Program-made: the position numbers and the translations under genes | Shown here: one piece after another, positions 1 through 15,859 of the stretch | Position numbering within the stretch: the stretch's first letter is position 1 | Layout: each line of letters begins with the position of its first letter | The notes under the pieces: generated by a model | Seen by the model: the letters and a program-made list of their open reading frames with translations, nothing else | The model's database searches: none | What the model was told of the DNA's origin: nothing | NCBI GenBank assembly: GCA_964016885.1 | Contig: OZ024759.1 | Coordinates: 15,686,001-15,750,000 of the forward strand | Direction: 5' to 3' | Source of the DNA: Eledone cirrhosa | Taxonomy: Eukaryota | Length of the DNA: 64,000 nucleotides

Positions 1-228
1 TTCACGGCACAGGCATTGCTTTATATCTGGAGATATCTCTGCACTTGTCATCACATGTACCATGGGCCCAGCACTATATGTCAATAATGGTCACAAGTGG
101 GGTATTTGTGCCAGAGTTTTCAAGTCGCTGACTGGACTAAAAAGTCACACTCGTTCAGCGCATCGGTAGGGGTTCTCCTACATGGATATAAAGTAGTGGC
201 CGTACTCGAAAACGAGTTGGCAGCCACC

Positions 229-230
<2 letters not shown>
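1..230 (+). mobile_element. 3' end of an RTE-derived non-autonomous retroelement (same family as 51221-52403)
   Basis: Near-identical to the reverse complement of ~51221-51450. Encodes a remnant of the RTE C-terminal zinc-finger-like motif ([18 protein letters not shown]) and runs into an (AT)n/ATGT tail. Confidence 0.8.
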
Positions 231-1177
<947 letters not shown>

Positions 1178-1484
1178 TGGAAAAAAATTTAAAATCAACA
1201 ACCTTTCATAGCGTTGCTATTAGTTTTAGTTTCGTTGTAATGTTTCAGATAAAATCATGACTTCGGGCCGTTTATGTATTTTTAATTATATTTCTGTATA
1301 TATTCGTATAAGGAAAATATCACGTGACATCCACTAGCTCTTGTTTGATATGTTTTATTATATTTTATTTTGAATTATTTATTTTTAGTTTATTTAAATA
1401 TTATCTATTTTGTGAACAATACCGTGGTTATTTTACTTATAGCAGTTCTGCAAACGAATCTATCAATGTTTGGCTATATTTTTG

Positions 1485-1860
1485 ATGGTGGTGAATAAGC
1501 AGAATCCTTAGAACATCGAATAAAAGGCTTTGTGGTATTAGTTCAAGCTCTCTGCTCTCTGAGTTCAAATCCCGTCGAGGTCAACTTTGCTTTCATCCAT
1601 TTGAGGTCGATAAAAAGGTACCAGTCTGATACTGGGGTCGATTTTTACTCTATATCTCTTTCGCACTCCCATTCTCTTACTCTCTCTTTCATGATACTGG
1701 GGTCGATTTTTACTCTATATCTCTTTCGCACTTTTTACTCTATATCTCTTACTCTCTCTTTCAATCCTTCTCTGTAAGAAATCTGCTGTATTCAGACCTG
1801 GAGGGATTGGCTTCCCCATGTTTCAAAATGCCCTAGAAATGCCGTGTATTATTTCTAATC
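1485..1860 (+). mobile_element. tRNA-derived octopus-type SINE, variant with an alternative 3' tail
   Basis: B-box-like GAGTTCAAATCCC and core GAGGTCAACTTTGCTTTCATCC...GGTCGATAAAA..GTACCAGT. The tail CTGCTGTATTCAGACCTGGAG...ATGCCCTAGAAATGCC is shared with 46760-47030. Confidence 0.75.
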
Positions 1861-2264
1861 TAATCTAATCTGCCGCCCGAGTTTACGCTTGCAAATAAGA
1901 AAAACCAGGGCCAGCCCTAGGAGCATTGGATTTGGTGTACTTCATATCTGTTTCGGTTGCTGAATACAATCAGGGGTCACTACTTCTCCTGAAGGTCAAT
2001 AGTTCTCTTGTAACTCGAGCGGGAGCGCCTTTCCATTGTCAATTTGCATTGATCATCTGCAAAGCCGCATTGTTCTCAGAACCACTACACCAGTCTTTCG
2101 ATGCGTGCAGCTTGAACTATTGCCACCCATTGATTTGGCAGGATTTTCTTTTTTTTTTTTTTTTTTTAGAAGGCCTTTGACCCTTATGAGTTCTTCTCCC
2201 CTTTGTCAGGTTTTGTATTTTGTCCTGTAGGGCGTCCGAAATCACTCTCCTCGCCAAGTAAACT

Positions 2265-2490
2265 TGGTTGGGTTGGCAGTAAAGGCATCAAGCCGTAGAG
2301 TGCTTTCCAAACAAAGAGTGTGAGTACCATTCAGCTTGTGTCAAAGGGCACTCGGTATGACTGACGTAAGCAGAATATAGGCCCCTCGGCCTCGGCCTCG
2401 GCCTCTGTGGGACGTCAGCAACCCCACTTCACTGCTGACTTGGTCTATGTAGACCCGTCCAACCCTTGCTAGCAGGGGTTAAACATTTTC
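2265..2490 (+). mobile_element. degenerate 3' half of a Nin-domain-like SINE
   Basis: GGTTGGCAGTAAAGGCATCAAGCCGTAGA resembles the Nin core and ends CCCGTCCAACCCTTGCTAGCA. A related core lies on the minus strand at ~42115-42150. Recognised from memory of the consensus. Confidence 0.5.
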
Positions 2491-2491
2491 C

Positions 2492-2522
<31 letters not shown>

Positions 2523-2618
2523 CATTGATAAATGAAACAAAAGACAGGGATGCAAAAATACAAAGTTTTATTAGGGTCACGATTAGAGGAAGTACGTGTG
2601 TGTATATATATATATATG

Positions 2619-2840
2619 TAAAAGGTAAGCAGAAATAACAACACAGTCGGTACAGTATATGGAAGGAATATATTAGGTTAACGCTTGAAATAGCAGGAAG
2701 AGGGTCTTAAAATTTCGGACACTAGTCCTTCATCAGAAGAAAGAATGAGAAATAAGATAGATTGAAGGGACGGGCGGGTTGGAATTGGAAAAAATGTCTT
2801 TAGATAAAAAATAACAGGTCCATTCATGTTGACATCTCTT
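2619..2840 (-). mobile_element. Penelope-like pseudo-LTR fragment, family A, copy 1
   Basis: Highly similar to 53243-53465 and to the reverse complement of 62517-62737. Contains a hammerhead core and is flanked by (AT)n. Confidence 0.75.
2705..2740 (-). ncRNA. minimal type-I hammerhead ribozyme motif (family A; helix III palindrome mutated)
   Basis: TCTT-CTGATGA-A-GGAC TAGT GTCC-GAAA-TTTT-AAGA. Confidence 0.7.
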
Positions 2841-2847
2841 AGATATA

Positions 2848-2902
<55 letters not shown>

Positions 2903-3098
2903 CAAAATGTTAAATGAAAACTATTCTCATAATCAAAATATATATTTTATTATACATATGTCAAAGGTACAATGGTGTTTAAGTATGTTTTCATCAGACA
3001 AAATATATGATCTGATAGGTGACATACCGCTACCGTTTTGATTATTAAATTCCAGTATTGGTTATATATATATATATATAGGAAAAAGTATGACACCG

Positions 3099-3173
3099 AC
3101 GGCAGAGCACAAGCCGTTTCGACGGCTATTTCTAGTCCAGAAGTAGCCGTCGAAACGGCTTGAGCTCTGCCGT
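3099..3173. repeat. fold-back palindrome of hammerhead family B
   Basis: ~35-bp inverted arms around AGTCC; the arms match the 3' half of the 53926-54021 ribozyme. Confidence 0.85.
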
Positions 3174-3273
3174 TTCAGAAGCGTTCTCCGTATTTCTCTA
3201 ACTAAAGAAATTTTAGCCTGACAGTGGGGTTTAGAAACCTCTAAAACTGGAAAAAGATGAGTATTGACAAACT

Positions 3274-3311
<38 letters not shown>

Positions 3312-3715
3312 GTGTGTGTGTGTGTGAGTGAGTGTGTGTGTGTGTATTTATAGCAACAGTATCAACATCAACACCGCCTTAAGCGCAAACACACGTCCAC
3401 ACCCTAATCCCAACAACCGCCATACCCACTAATAACATAGCTTAACACTAGCTTGGGAAAGAACCTCTACCTGGTCTCTTGACTTACTAGAAGCAGTAGG
3501 TAAACATCCCTCAAAACTCAAATGGGTGTCACAGAAATAAATAAATAAAATAGATAAATGTTACAATCTACCGACAGAGGCAAAACATTACAGGGTTGTC
3601 ACGGTTGGAACTCCTACTGATCCAAATGTCTGCTCGGCCAACACGAACCTAGGGCTAAAACAACAACAGCCTGTTGAATAATCCAGACCAAGTGCAGCTG
3701 TTGTTGTAGTTTGTA

Positions 3716-4260
3716 TCTACCACTATTACTACTACTACTGTTACTAACATTACTACTACTACCACAACTACTACTACCACTACTACCACTACCACCACAA
3801 CTGCTACTACTCTTGCTACACTACTACTAATGCTACTACCACCACTACTACTAATGCTACTACCACCACTACTAGTGCTACTAACACTATTACTACTGCT
3901 ACTAACACTGCCACTACCACTACCACCACTACTACCACAACTACTACCACTACCACCACCACAACTGCTACTACTCTTACTACACTACTACTAATGCTAC
4001 TAATGCTACTACCACCACTACTACTAATGCTACTACCACCACTACTACCATTACTACTAGTGCTACTAACACTATTACTACCACTGCTACTAACATTACT
4101 ACTACTGCTACTAACACTGCCACCACTACCACTACCACCACTACTACCACTACTACTACCACAACTACACTAAGTAGCAACGGCATTAGCAGCAGCACCA
4201 ACTTTAAAAGTAGTAGTGGTGGTAATGGCAGTAGTAGTATTAGTAATAGTAGTAGTAATG

Positions 4261-4311
<51 letters not shown>

Positions 4312-4338
4312 ATACTAGTAATAATAATGGTAGTAATA
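3716..4338. repeat. (ACT/ACC)n and (TAG)n trinucleotide low-complexity tracts
   Basis: Directly visible. Confidence 0.95.
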
Positions 4339-4359
4339 AAAACCTTACCGTCATCAGTC

Positions 4360-4582
4360 TTACACACACACACATACATACATACATACATATACATACA
4401 TTGGCATACACAAGCATACACAAGCATACACACACACCATATAGACGCATTCGTAACCAAAGCATTTACACATAGATTTACACACAGAGACACACACACA
4501 CACACACACAGACGCATAGCTACGTACACACAAAAACTATAAGGCAAACACACACACACGTATATATATATATAAGCGTGTG

Positions 4583-4649
<67 letters not shown>

Positions 4650-4889
4650 TGCGTCAGTGTGTGCTTTATAGGCTCTTATAGTTTTATGTATACGTGTCTA
4701 TGCGTCAGTGTGTGTGTGTTGTGTGTGTGTGTGTAAATCTATGTATGCATGCTTTGGTTACCATATGTGTATATGGTGTGTGTGCGTGTTTGAAAGTGTA
4801 TGCGTGTGGGTGTATATGTGTGTGTGTCTGTGTGTGTGTGTGTGTGCATATACTCATACATTGGGTACACGTACATACAAAAACACATA

Positions 4890-4924
<35 letters not shown>

Positions 4925-5129
4925 GCATATATCAGCTTATATACACACACATACACTGTGGCAGGCATGAAAACACATACACACAAGCATGTAAACATAC
5001 ACAATGCCACAGAAACGCAAACACAGACATACGTAGATGCCTACACACACACTATTAGATATATGTGTGTATATGTGTATACACATATGCATGATTAAAC
5101 ATATACATACATACATATACATACATACA

Positions 5130-5165
<36 letters not shown>

Positions 5166-5431
5166 CATATATGCACATATACATGATTAAACATATACAT
5201 ACATACATATATATACATACATACATACATATATATATATATATACATACACATACATATGCACATATGCATGATTAAACATACATACATATATATACAT
5301 ACATACATATATATATATACATACACACATACATATATATATATATACATACACATACATATGCACATATGCATGATTATACATATACATACATATACAT
5401 ACATACATACATACATACATACATACATACA

Positions 5432-5464
<33 letters not shown>

Positions 5465-6500
5465 GTATATATATACATACACACATATGCACATATGCAT
5501 GATTAAACATATACATACATACATATATACATACATATATACATACATACATATGCACATAGCATGATTAAACACATTCATACATACATACATATACACA
5601 CATATACGTACATACAAGCATACATACATACATACATACATACAAACACATATACACTTGTAAAAACCTCAATTTGATACACATCTCTCTCTCTCACTCT
5701 CTCTCTCTCCCTTTCTCACTCTCTCTATTCCTCAGTCTCTTACACCTACATACAGTCTCTCTTTCTCTCTCTCTTCCTCACCCTCTCAAACACACATACG
5801 TTCTCTCTCTCTCGCTCTCTTTCTCTCTCTCATCATACACACATACACAGTAAACACACCGGCACGCTCGCTGTTTCCGTTGACCATACATCGAAACACC
5901 GGTACAACTACACACACACACACACATACATACATACAGACATATACACACATATATATACATACATACACACACACACATACATACATCCATACATACA
6001 TACATACATACACACATACGCACATACACACATACATACATATATATACACATACATGTATACACACATACACACATACATACATACACATACACACATA
6101 CATACTTACACATATACATACACACATACATACATACACATACACACATACACACATACACACATACATATATATACACATACATATATACACATACACA
6201 CATACATACACACACACATACATACACACACACATACACACATACATACATACACACATACATACACACACACACATACATATATCCATACATACATACA
6301 CACATACGCACATACACACATACATACATACATATATATACACATACATATATACACACATACACACATACACACACACACACATACATACACACATACA
6401 TATATACACACATACACACATACATAAACACACACATACATACACACACACATACACACATACATACATACATACACACATACATACATACACACTGACA
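4360..6500. repeat. compound (AC)n/(TACA)n/(GT)n microsatellite field, including a mosaic unit marked by ATGCATGATTAAAC
   Basis: Directly visible; the GCATGATTAAAC marker recurs between ~5088 and ~5575. Confidence 0.92.
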
Positions 6501-6721
6501 TATAATGACACATCCATATAAATATATGTATGGCTGAATATACCTAAATACCTATAACTAATATGGAACAGAAAATAAATATATACATGGAACCACAGAC
6601 ACACACAGACAGACATATATATATATCGAGAGGGTGAGAGAGTGCGTGTATGTGTCTGTGTGTGTGTGTGTGTGTGTATGTATGTGTGTGTGTGTATGCG
6701 TGTGTGTATTAGATAGATAGA

Positions 6722-7061
6722 TTTCTTTATTAGCCACAAGGGCGCAACAAGAAAGGGGACAATACAAAGACATGCCGGGGATTTTACATACAGTCGTGTA
6801 AAAAATATAAAAACAAACAATTTCAACAATCGAAATCCCCAATAGGGGGGAGGCGCCGCAAATGGGTTGTTTAATACCCCGTCGATAGAACAACCCTCAA
6901 CTCAAGGAGCGTGTTGTGCAAGTGCTCCTTTCTTCCTTTTGCTCTCTTCCTCAACCTACAGGCTTATAAACAGAGAAGGCCCAATCACTCGGGCCATTTT
7001 CGCTTCATTCACCCACCTTTCAGTAAATTTACTGGGGTGCCTCTCTCTCCACCCTGATTCT

Positions 7062-7062
<1 letters not shown>
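6722..7062 (-). mobile_element. 5'-truncated Tx1-clade LINE (diverged relative of 33337-39042) inside (GATA)n
   Basis: The minus strand encodes RIRVERE...ERWVNEAKMARVIGPSLFISL*, against ORF2 RIRMERE...ERWVKEARMARVNGPSLYIVL*. It has the same 3' terminus TGTCCCCTT..TTG.GCCC..GTGGC.AATAAA.GAAA. GATA repeats lie at 6710-6722 and 7062-7145. Confidence 0.92.
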
Positions 7063-7145
<83 letters not shown>

Positions 7146-7199
7146 ATAAATATATGTAGATAGATAGATAGAGTGTGTGTGTATGAGATAGATTTACGT

Positions 7200-7206
7200 T
7201 TGTATG

Positions 7207-7287
<81 letters not shown>

Positions 7288-7400
7288 TTCACTCATACTA
7301 ATTTATATATACATGCATATATAGAAGCCACCGTAAGCCGACAGTACCACTGTACCACAGTACGTAAGGACTATGAGCTGAGTAAACGTTGAAACCAGGA

Positions 7401-7469
<69 letters not shown>

Positions 7470-7896
7470 CAAACATATATATATACATACATCTATTCAT
7501 ATACATACAAACATCAATATTTATATATATATATTTATAGACCTATACATATACATACAAACTTATATATATATACATACATCTATACATATACATACAA
7601 ACATATACATATATATATATACACACATACATCTATACATACACATACAAAGTTATATATATATACATATATATATATACACACATACATCGATACATAT
7701 ACATACAAAGTTATATATATATACATATATATATACACACATACATCTATACATATACATACAAACTTATATATATACATATATATATATACACACACAT
7801 ATACATACAAACATATATATATACATATATATATACACACACATATATATATACATACACACATATATATATACATATATATATACACACACACAC

Positions 7897-7960
<64 letters not shown>

Positions 7961-7961
7961 T

Positions 7962-7994
<33 letters not shown>

Positions 7995-7995
7995 T

Positions 7996-8028
<33 letters not shown>

Positions 8029-8438
8029 GAAAGACGTAAAATAAGAAAATTATAAAAATTAACTTACTAAAAATATATATATATACACATATACATACAT
8101 ACACAAATATATATATATATATATACATACATCCATACATATATATATACATATCCATACATATACACACATATATATATACATATCCATACATATACAC
8201 ATATATATACATATCCATACATATACACACATATATATATATATATATATACATATCCATATATATATCCATATCCATACATATACACATATATATATAC
8301 ATATCCATACATATACACATATATATATACATATCCATACATATACACATATATATATATACATATCCATATATATATACATATATATATATTTACATAC
8401 ATATATATACACTCACACATATAGTTACAAATATCCAG

Positions 8439-8480
<42 letters not shown>
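7200..8480. repeat. (AT)n/(ACAT)n/(AC)n compound microsatellite field
   Basis: Directly visible. Confidence 0.92.
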
Positions 8481-8573
8481 CATGTAACACTGCTGAGTGG
8501 ATCACTTTTACTATATAATACTATCTACACAGCCTTCTGACGCACGGAAACGGTAAAACAACCACACACACAA

Positions 8574-8624
<51 letters not shown>

Positions 8625-8760
8625 ACCACACGCACACACACACGACCACACACACACAGACACTATAATCACTCACGCAAACACACACGCAAGCAACACT
8701 ACACAGACAGGTACCAACACACACACACACACGTAATAAAGACACACACACGTAATAAAG

Positions 8761-8792
<32 letters not shown>

Positions 8793-9169
8793 TAATACAT
8801 GTTACACAGAATGACACACACAGACATACACACAGATACACGCACAGTTGCTAATACACGCAAGCACGAGAACACACACATACACCGAGCTACACACACG
8901 CACAGATGCTCATACACGTACAGAGAAGAACACACACACACACACATACATACACACAGATACACACACGCACAGATGCTAATGCATGTACACAGAACGA
9001 CACACACACGCACAGATGCTAATACACGCACACACATATATTAATACACACGCACAGAACGACACACACCCACACACACACACAAATTAATACATGTACT
9101 CACAACAACACACACATGCATAACAGAGACACATGCACACAGACAATAATACACGCACACACAACGACG

Positions 9170-10165
9170 CATACACAGTCACATACATACGCACACACGC
9201 ACACAAACACACACACAGCCACATAACAGAGACACTTGCATAAAGACGCACAGTCACATATATACGTACACACACACACACATACTTACACGCACACACA
9301 AACACACACACAGTCACATAATAGAGACACTTGCATAAAGACAGACAATCACATATATACGTACATACACACACACACATACTTACACGCACACACAAAC
9401 ACACACACAGTCACATAATAGAGACACTTGCATAAAGACAGACAATCACATATATACGTACATACACACACACACACATACTTACACGCACACACAAACA
9501 CACACACAGTCACATAATAGAGACACTTGCATAAAGACAGACAATCACATATATACGTACATACACACACACACATACTTACACGCACACACAAACACAC
9601 ACACAGCCACATAATAGAGACACTTGCATAAAGACAGACAATCACATATATATACACACATACACACACACATACTTACACGCACACACAAACACACACA
9701 CAGTCACATAACAGAGACACTTGCATAAAGACGCACAGTCACATATATACGTACATACACACACACACATACTTACACGCACACACAAACACACACACAG
9801 CCACATAACAGAGACACTTGCATAAAGACGCACAGTCACATATATACGTACATACACACACACACATACTTACACGCACACACAAACACACACACAGTCA
9901 CATAACAGAGACACTTGCATAAAGACAGACAATCACATATATATATACACATACACACACACACATACTTACACGCACACACAAACACACACACAGTCAC
10001 ATAACAGAGACACTTGCATAAAGACGCACAGTCACATATATACGTACATACACACACACACATACTTACACGCACACACAAACACACACACAGCCACATA
10101 ACAGAGACACTTGCATAAAGACAGACAATCACATATATATATATACACACATACACACACAGTCA
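9170..10165. repeat. ~97-bp minisatellite, about 10 copies
   Basis: GAGACACTTGCATAAAGAC recurs at 9229, 9324, 9421, 9520, 9617, 9714, 9811, 9908, 10007 and 10104. Confidence 0.95.
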
Positions 10166-10469
10166 TACAGTCACATAGCAGTGACACTCGCAGGCAGGCA
10201 CACACAGACACGAGCTCACCGGCATACACACAGGCACACAGTGAAAGACACACGCAGTGACAGCGGCGCACAGACGCAGGCACGCATACACTCACACACA
10301 GACACGCATGCCCACGAAACAAGCACGCACAACACTCCACTTACACATCACATAACATCCACTACACAACACAACACACAACACACAACAACACAACAGT
10401 AAACCACACAACATCAACATCAAACCAAAAACAGCGAGCTTACCTTACAAAGTCTAACACACAAGCAAG

Positions 10470-10532
<63 letters not shown>

Positions 10533-10645
10533 TACATACATATATATACATATATACACACACTCACACACAAGTTCATAAACATATGCGGCGTGCGTGC
10601 ATATAACACTCGGATACATATACATACATATATATATACATATAC

Positions 10646-10684
<39 letters not shown>

Positions 10685-10703
10685 TATAAATATATATAAA
10701 TAT

Positions 10704-10736
<33 letters not shown>

Positions 10737-10821
10737 AATATATATATAAATAAATATATATATATATAACTATATATAAATATATATATATATATAAACA
10801 CATATATAAACATATATATAC

Positions 10822-10857
<36 letters not shown>

Positions 10858-10902
10858 GACATAGGCAAACCAGAGGATATCTACCTACGTGAAATCTACT
10901 AT

Positions 10903-10943
<41 letters not shown>

Positions 10944-11434
10944 TATATTACACTACCTTGTAATATAATATAACAAACACCCATAACGTACGTACTATGT
11001 GATTACTATATGAGATGATGCTATGCTAGTGCTTGTGAAAATATGAGCTAAGTGAATTATGAGCTGGGAGTACCAATATGTTTAGAGAGCTATGTATATG
11101 TATCATAGTTCTCTTTATAAAAATGTGTCTTTCTGTCAACGTCAATGTAAGTACCAATATTACTATCATTAGTAGAACAATTATTTTTATTACTATTACC
11201 ATTAATATTATTATCACCATTGTTGTTATAAATATTATTATTTTTGTGGATAGGATATTGTTTAAATGAAGCTGTCTGTAAGGTTACAACTTGCTATAGT
11301 ATTCCCGGTTTTGTTATTTGGTGTGTTTTTTTTTATTGTTTTATCTAATGTTATAATATATATGTATGTGTGTGTGTGTGTGTGCGTGCGAGTATCTGTA
11401 TATGTATGCATGAATGGAACGTATATGGATATGC

Positions 11435-11482
<48 letters not shown>

Positions 11483-11556
11483 TCTTTTACCTGTTCCAAC
11501 CATTCGGCTGAAGCCATGCTGGGGCACCGCCCTTGAAAATCAATATGAATTATGAA

Positions 11557-11620
<64 letters not shown>

Positions 11621-11948
11621 TACACCTAGCCAGCCATAAGGTTTTCATTTTTGTACCACATAAAAGGAAACAATATATATGTATATATATATATATATAC
11701 ATCCGTTTGCCTGTGTATATGTATATAAGCATGTATACATACACACCCACACATTCATAAATACATATATATTAAAATGTGTATATCAGCTTTCCACGTG
11801 TACATGTACACACACGTACACACACTGTTTATGTGTAACTATATATATATATATATATATATATAATGTTACTAGTATGACTGTTTAACTTATTTCTCTA
11901 TGCGCTATCGAAATGGTAGAAGCTTAACCGAACGACAGAGAATCCTTA

Positions 11949-11985
<37 letters not shown>

Positions 11986-12090
11986 TTAGTGTATATAAGC
12001 TCTATATATATACACACGCACCTGCATACACACATCCATACGTAAGCAAACATACATTGATATATAGCTCCGTACATATATACACACACA

Positions 12091-12175
<85 letters not shown>

Positions 12176-12308
12176 TTGATATATATCATATCAAATGATA
12201 CAGCCAATTTTCCACACAATACGTTTAATTAGGAATATACTCAGGTATTTCCTAATGTTTGTTTAGTGAGTTGGGATTTGGCCGGAGTATCGCTATTAGC
12301 TTTCTCCG

Positions 12309-12387
<79 letters not shown>

Positions 12388-12402
12388 AGTGTTGATGATT
12401 TT

Positions 12403-12442
<40 letters not shown>

Positions 12443-12494
12443 ACAGTGTTGATGATTTTATATATATACATATATATGTTTTATAAAACTGCTA

Positions 12495-13853
12495 AAGTTG
12501 CTGTTGTCGTTGCTTCTGTTGTCATTGCTGTTGTTGTTCTTGCTGCTGTTGTCGTTGTCAGTATGTTTTTTTTATTTTTTGTTTATTTGATCTACCTATT
12601 TTTATTTTTCTGTCTTCTTGTGTGTTGTTGTAGTTGTTGTTGTTGTTGTCATTTGTCAGCTGTTGTTGTTGTTGTTGTTGCAGTTGTTGCTTTGTCAATT
12701 TTTCTTGTCAATATCTTTTATAATAATGTTGCTGGTTTATTTTTTTCTTGTCATTGTTGACATTGTTGTTGTCATTGTTACTGTTGCTTTTACTGCTGTT
12801 GCTACTGTTGTTATTGTTGTTGTTGCTGTTGCTGCTGTTGTTGTTGTTGCTGCTATTGCTGCTGTTGTTGTTGCTGCTGCTGCTGTCATTTGTGAGTTGT
12901 TGCAGTTATCGTTGCTGTTGTAGTAGAGGTACTTGTTGCAATGGCAACTGTTACTGTTGTTGTTGTTGTAATTGCTGTTACTGTTGTTGTATGGTGTTGT
13001 AGTTGGTGTTGTTGTTGCTGTTGTAGTTGGTGTTGGTGTTGTAGTTGTTGTTGTTGGTGGTGTTGTAGTTGTTGGTGTTGTTGCTGTTGTTGTTACTGTT
13101 GTAGTAGATGTAGTTGAAATTGTATCTTACTGTCGTTGTTGTACTAGATGTTGTTGTTGCTGTTGTATCTGTCATTGTCATCATAAGATGATGATGATGA
13201 TGGTGATGGTGGTGGTGACTGGTGACGATGGTGGTGATGGTGGTGACTGGTGACGATGGAGATGATGACAATGGTGATGATGGTGGTGACTGGTGACGAT
13301 GGAGATGATGACAATGGTGATGATGGTGGCGACTGGTGACGATGGTGGTGATGGTGGTGACTGGTGACGATGGTGGTGATGATGACGATGATGATGGTGG
13401 TGGCTGATGACGATGGTGGTGATGACAATGGTGATGATGGTGGCGACTGGTGACGATGGTGACTGATGACAATCGTGATGATGATGATGATGACAGCAAT
13501 AGTGTTGATGATGACGGTGGTGGTGATGATGATAACGACGATGGTGATAATGATGATGGCGGTGGTGATGGGGCTGACAATGATGACAATGATGATGATG
13601 ATGGCGACAATGGCGACGATGACGACGATGGGTAGGCAGGGTGGTGGTGACGGCGATGACAAAACATCGTTACAACGACAGCGACGATGAAGCCGACGAC
13701 GAAAGCAATGACACTGATGGTGATGATGATTGTTATTATTATAATGATGATGATGATGATGATGATGGTAATAATTGTGATTACAACGATGATGATGATG
13801 ATGATGATGATGACAGCGTTGATAATTGTGATGATGATGACAGCGTTGATAAC

Positions 13854-13886
<33 letters not shown>

Positions 13887-13899
13887 CAGGGGTGATAAC

Positions 13900-13935
<36 letters not shown>

Positions 13936-14132
13936 CAGGGGTGATAATTGTGATGATGATGACAGCGTTGATAACTGATGATGATGATGATGACAGGGGT
14001 GATAACTGATGATGATGATGACAGCGGTGATGATGGTGATTGCTCTGAAAATTGTGATGATGATGATGATGATGACAGCGTTGATAACTATGATGATGAT
14101 GAGGAGGAGGAGGACAGGGGGTGATAATTGTG

Positions 14133-14164
<32 letters not shown>

Positions 14165-14420
14165 GAGGGCGCTCATGACGATGATGACGCTGTCGACGAC
14201 AGTGGTGATAGTGTGATGATGATGATGATAATAATGAGGAGAAGGAGGAAGAGGAGGATGAGGATGAGGAGGAGGAGGAGGACAGGAGTGATAATTGCGA
14301 AGACGACGACGACGACAAAGACGACTGATGTTTGCGAACACAACGACAATAATAAATGATGGTGATGACGACGATGGCGATGATGACGATGATGATGATG
14401 ATGGTGGTAGTAATGGTAAC
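12495..14420. repeat. (TTG)n/(CTG)n followed by (GAT)n/(GGT)n trinucleotide-based low-complexity repeats
   Basis: Directly visible; includes the sub-units GGTGACTGGTGACGAT and GACAGGGGTGATAACT. Confidence 0.95.
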
Positions 14421-14566
14421 TTTGGCACATTGCCAATTAATTTACAGGTGATGTGTTAGTATTGATTTCTCTGCCCGTTCCACTCCTCCGCTCCACCCCA
14501 GATGGTAGAATTACTAGACACAACATACAAAGTATCTTATAATATTTAAGAAACACTCACAGTAAC

Positions 14567-15392
14567 TCTTTTGATATCAAACCGCCTGAAAGAACCCCTG
14601 GTTCTACGATGTGGTACAGTACTGTTTACTGTAAAGTGCTTACATTTATCTTTAAAACAATCTCCAATCATAATTTTATATAAGAACCTCCTGAAAAAAT
14701 CCACTGGACTTGTCATAAAATACAAAATTCTGTTGGTATTTTCTTGGGGGTTTTTTTTTTTTAATCTTAAAACCTTCGGTCACAATTTTCTGTAAGAACC
14801 TCTCATATAAACCCTTCGATATAAAACCACCTGAAACATGCCCCTGGACTTATATAATACAAAATTCTTTATTTTGAAGGGTGTACCGTGTTTCCCGGCG
14901 CCGAAAGAGGCACCCTAATTTTGACAATCAAAAAAAAAATTTTTTTAATAATAAACAACATTCGGCCTCCAGGACGCATGGTAGAATTTTTAGACTTATT
15001 TTAGGGAAAAAAGTAGTGTCGTCGAGGCCGATAAATACGGTATCTACAAAAGATCTCCAATCATAATTTTATATAAGAACCTCCTGAAAAAACCTTGGAC
15101 CTATCATAAAATACAAAATTCTGTTGTTTAATTTTTTTAAAAGTATACATTTATCTTAAAACCTGCGGTCACAATTTTCTGTAAGGACCTTAGTAAATCT
15201 TTTTATATCAAACCGCAGGAAACACCCCTGGATTTATATAATACAAAATTCTTTATATATAAGGGTATATATTTATCTAAAAACCTTCAGTCACAATTTT
15301 ATGTACAGACCTTTTTTAACTAACCTTTTTATATCAAACCGCCTAAAACAACCCCTAGACTTATATCATAAAAAATTCTTTATTTTGAAGGG

Positions 15393-15436
<44 letters not shown>

Positions 15437-15600
15437 TTCAGTCATGATTTCATGTAAGGGCTTTTTTAACCCTTTTATATCAAACCGCTTGAAACAACTC
15501 CTGGACTTATCATATAATACAAAATTCTTTATTTTGAAGGGTATGTATTTATGTAAAAAACCTTCAGTCACATTTTTATGTAAAATCCTTTGTTGAGTTA
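14567..15600. repeat. degenerate ~120-bp AT-rich tandem repeat
   Basis: The unit TATATCAAACCGCCTGAAAC..CCCTGGACTTAT..AATACAAAATTCTTTATTTTGAAGGG..AAACCTTCAGTCAC recurs at ~14570, 14815, 15200, 15325 and 15475. Confidence 0.85.
14886..15040. mobile_element. Tc2/pogo-like MITE inserted in the 120-bp satellite
   Basis: Termini TA|CCGTGTTT...AAATACGG|TA; a partial reverse-complement copy lies at ~63908-64000. Confidence 0.7.
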
Positions 15601-15859
15601 TGTTCCGAACCCCAGCTCTATTAGAAAGTTAGTTATGTTTTCTAAATCCTCCAAAGTTTTGATTATTTTCGAAATCATATGTCACGGCTTTTGGTAAAAA
15701 GTATAGTAAAGTAAACCTTTAATTCTCGAGTTCAAATCCCACCCCACTAGCCACTGGTTTCACCTTTTATGCACTGTTGGAATGAGATATGATCAAAATC
15801 ACGCAATCGATCAGGTTCGATTTAATCGAATGTGGTACTATTACCACAATCACTAACTG

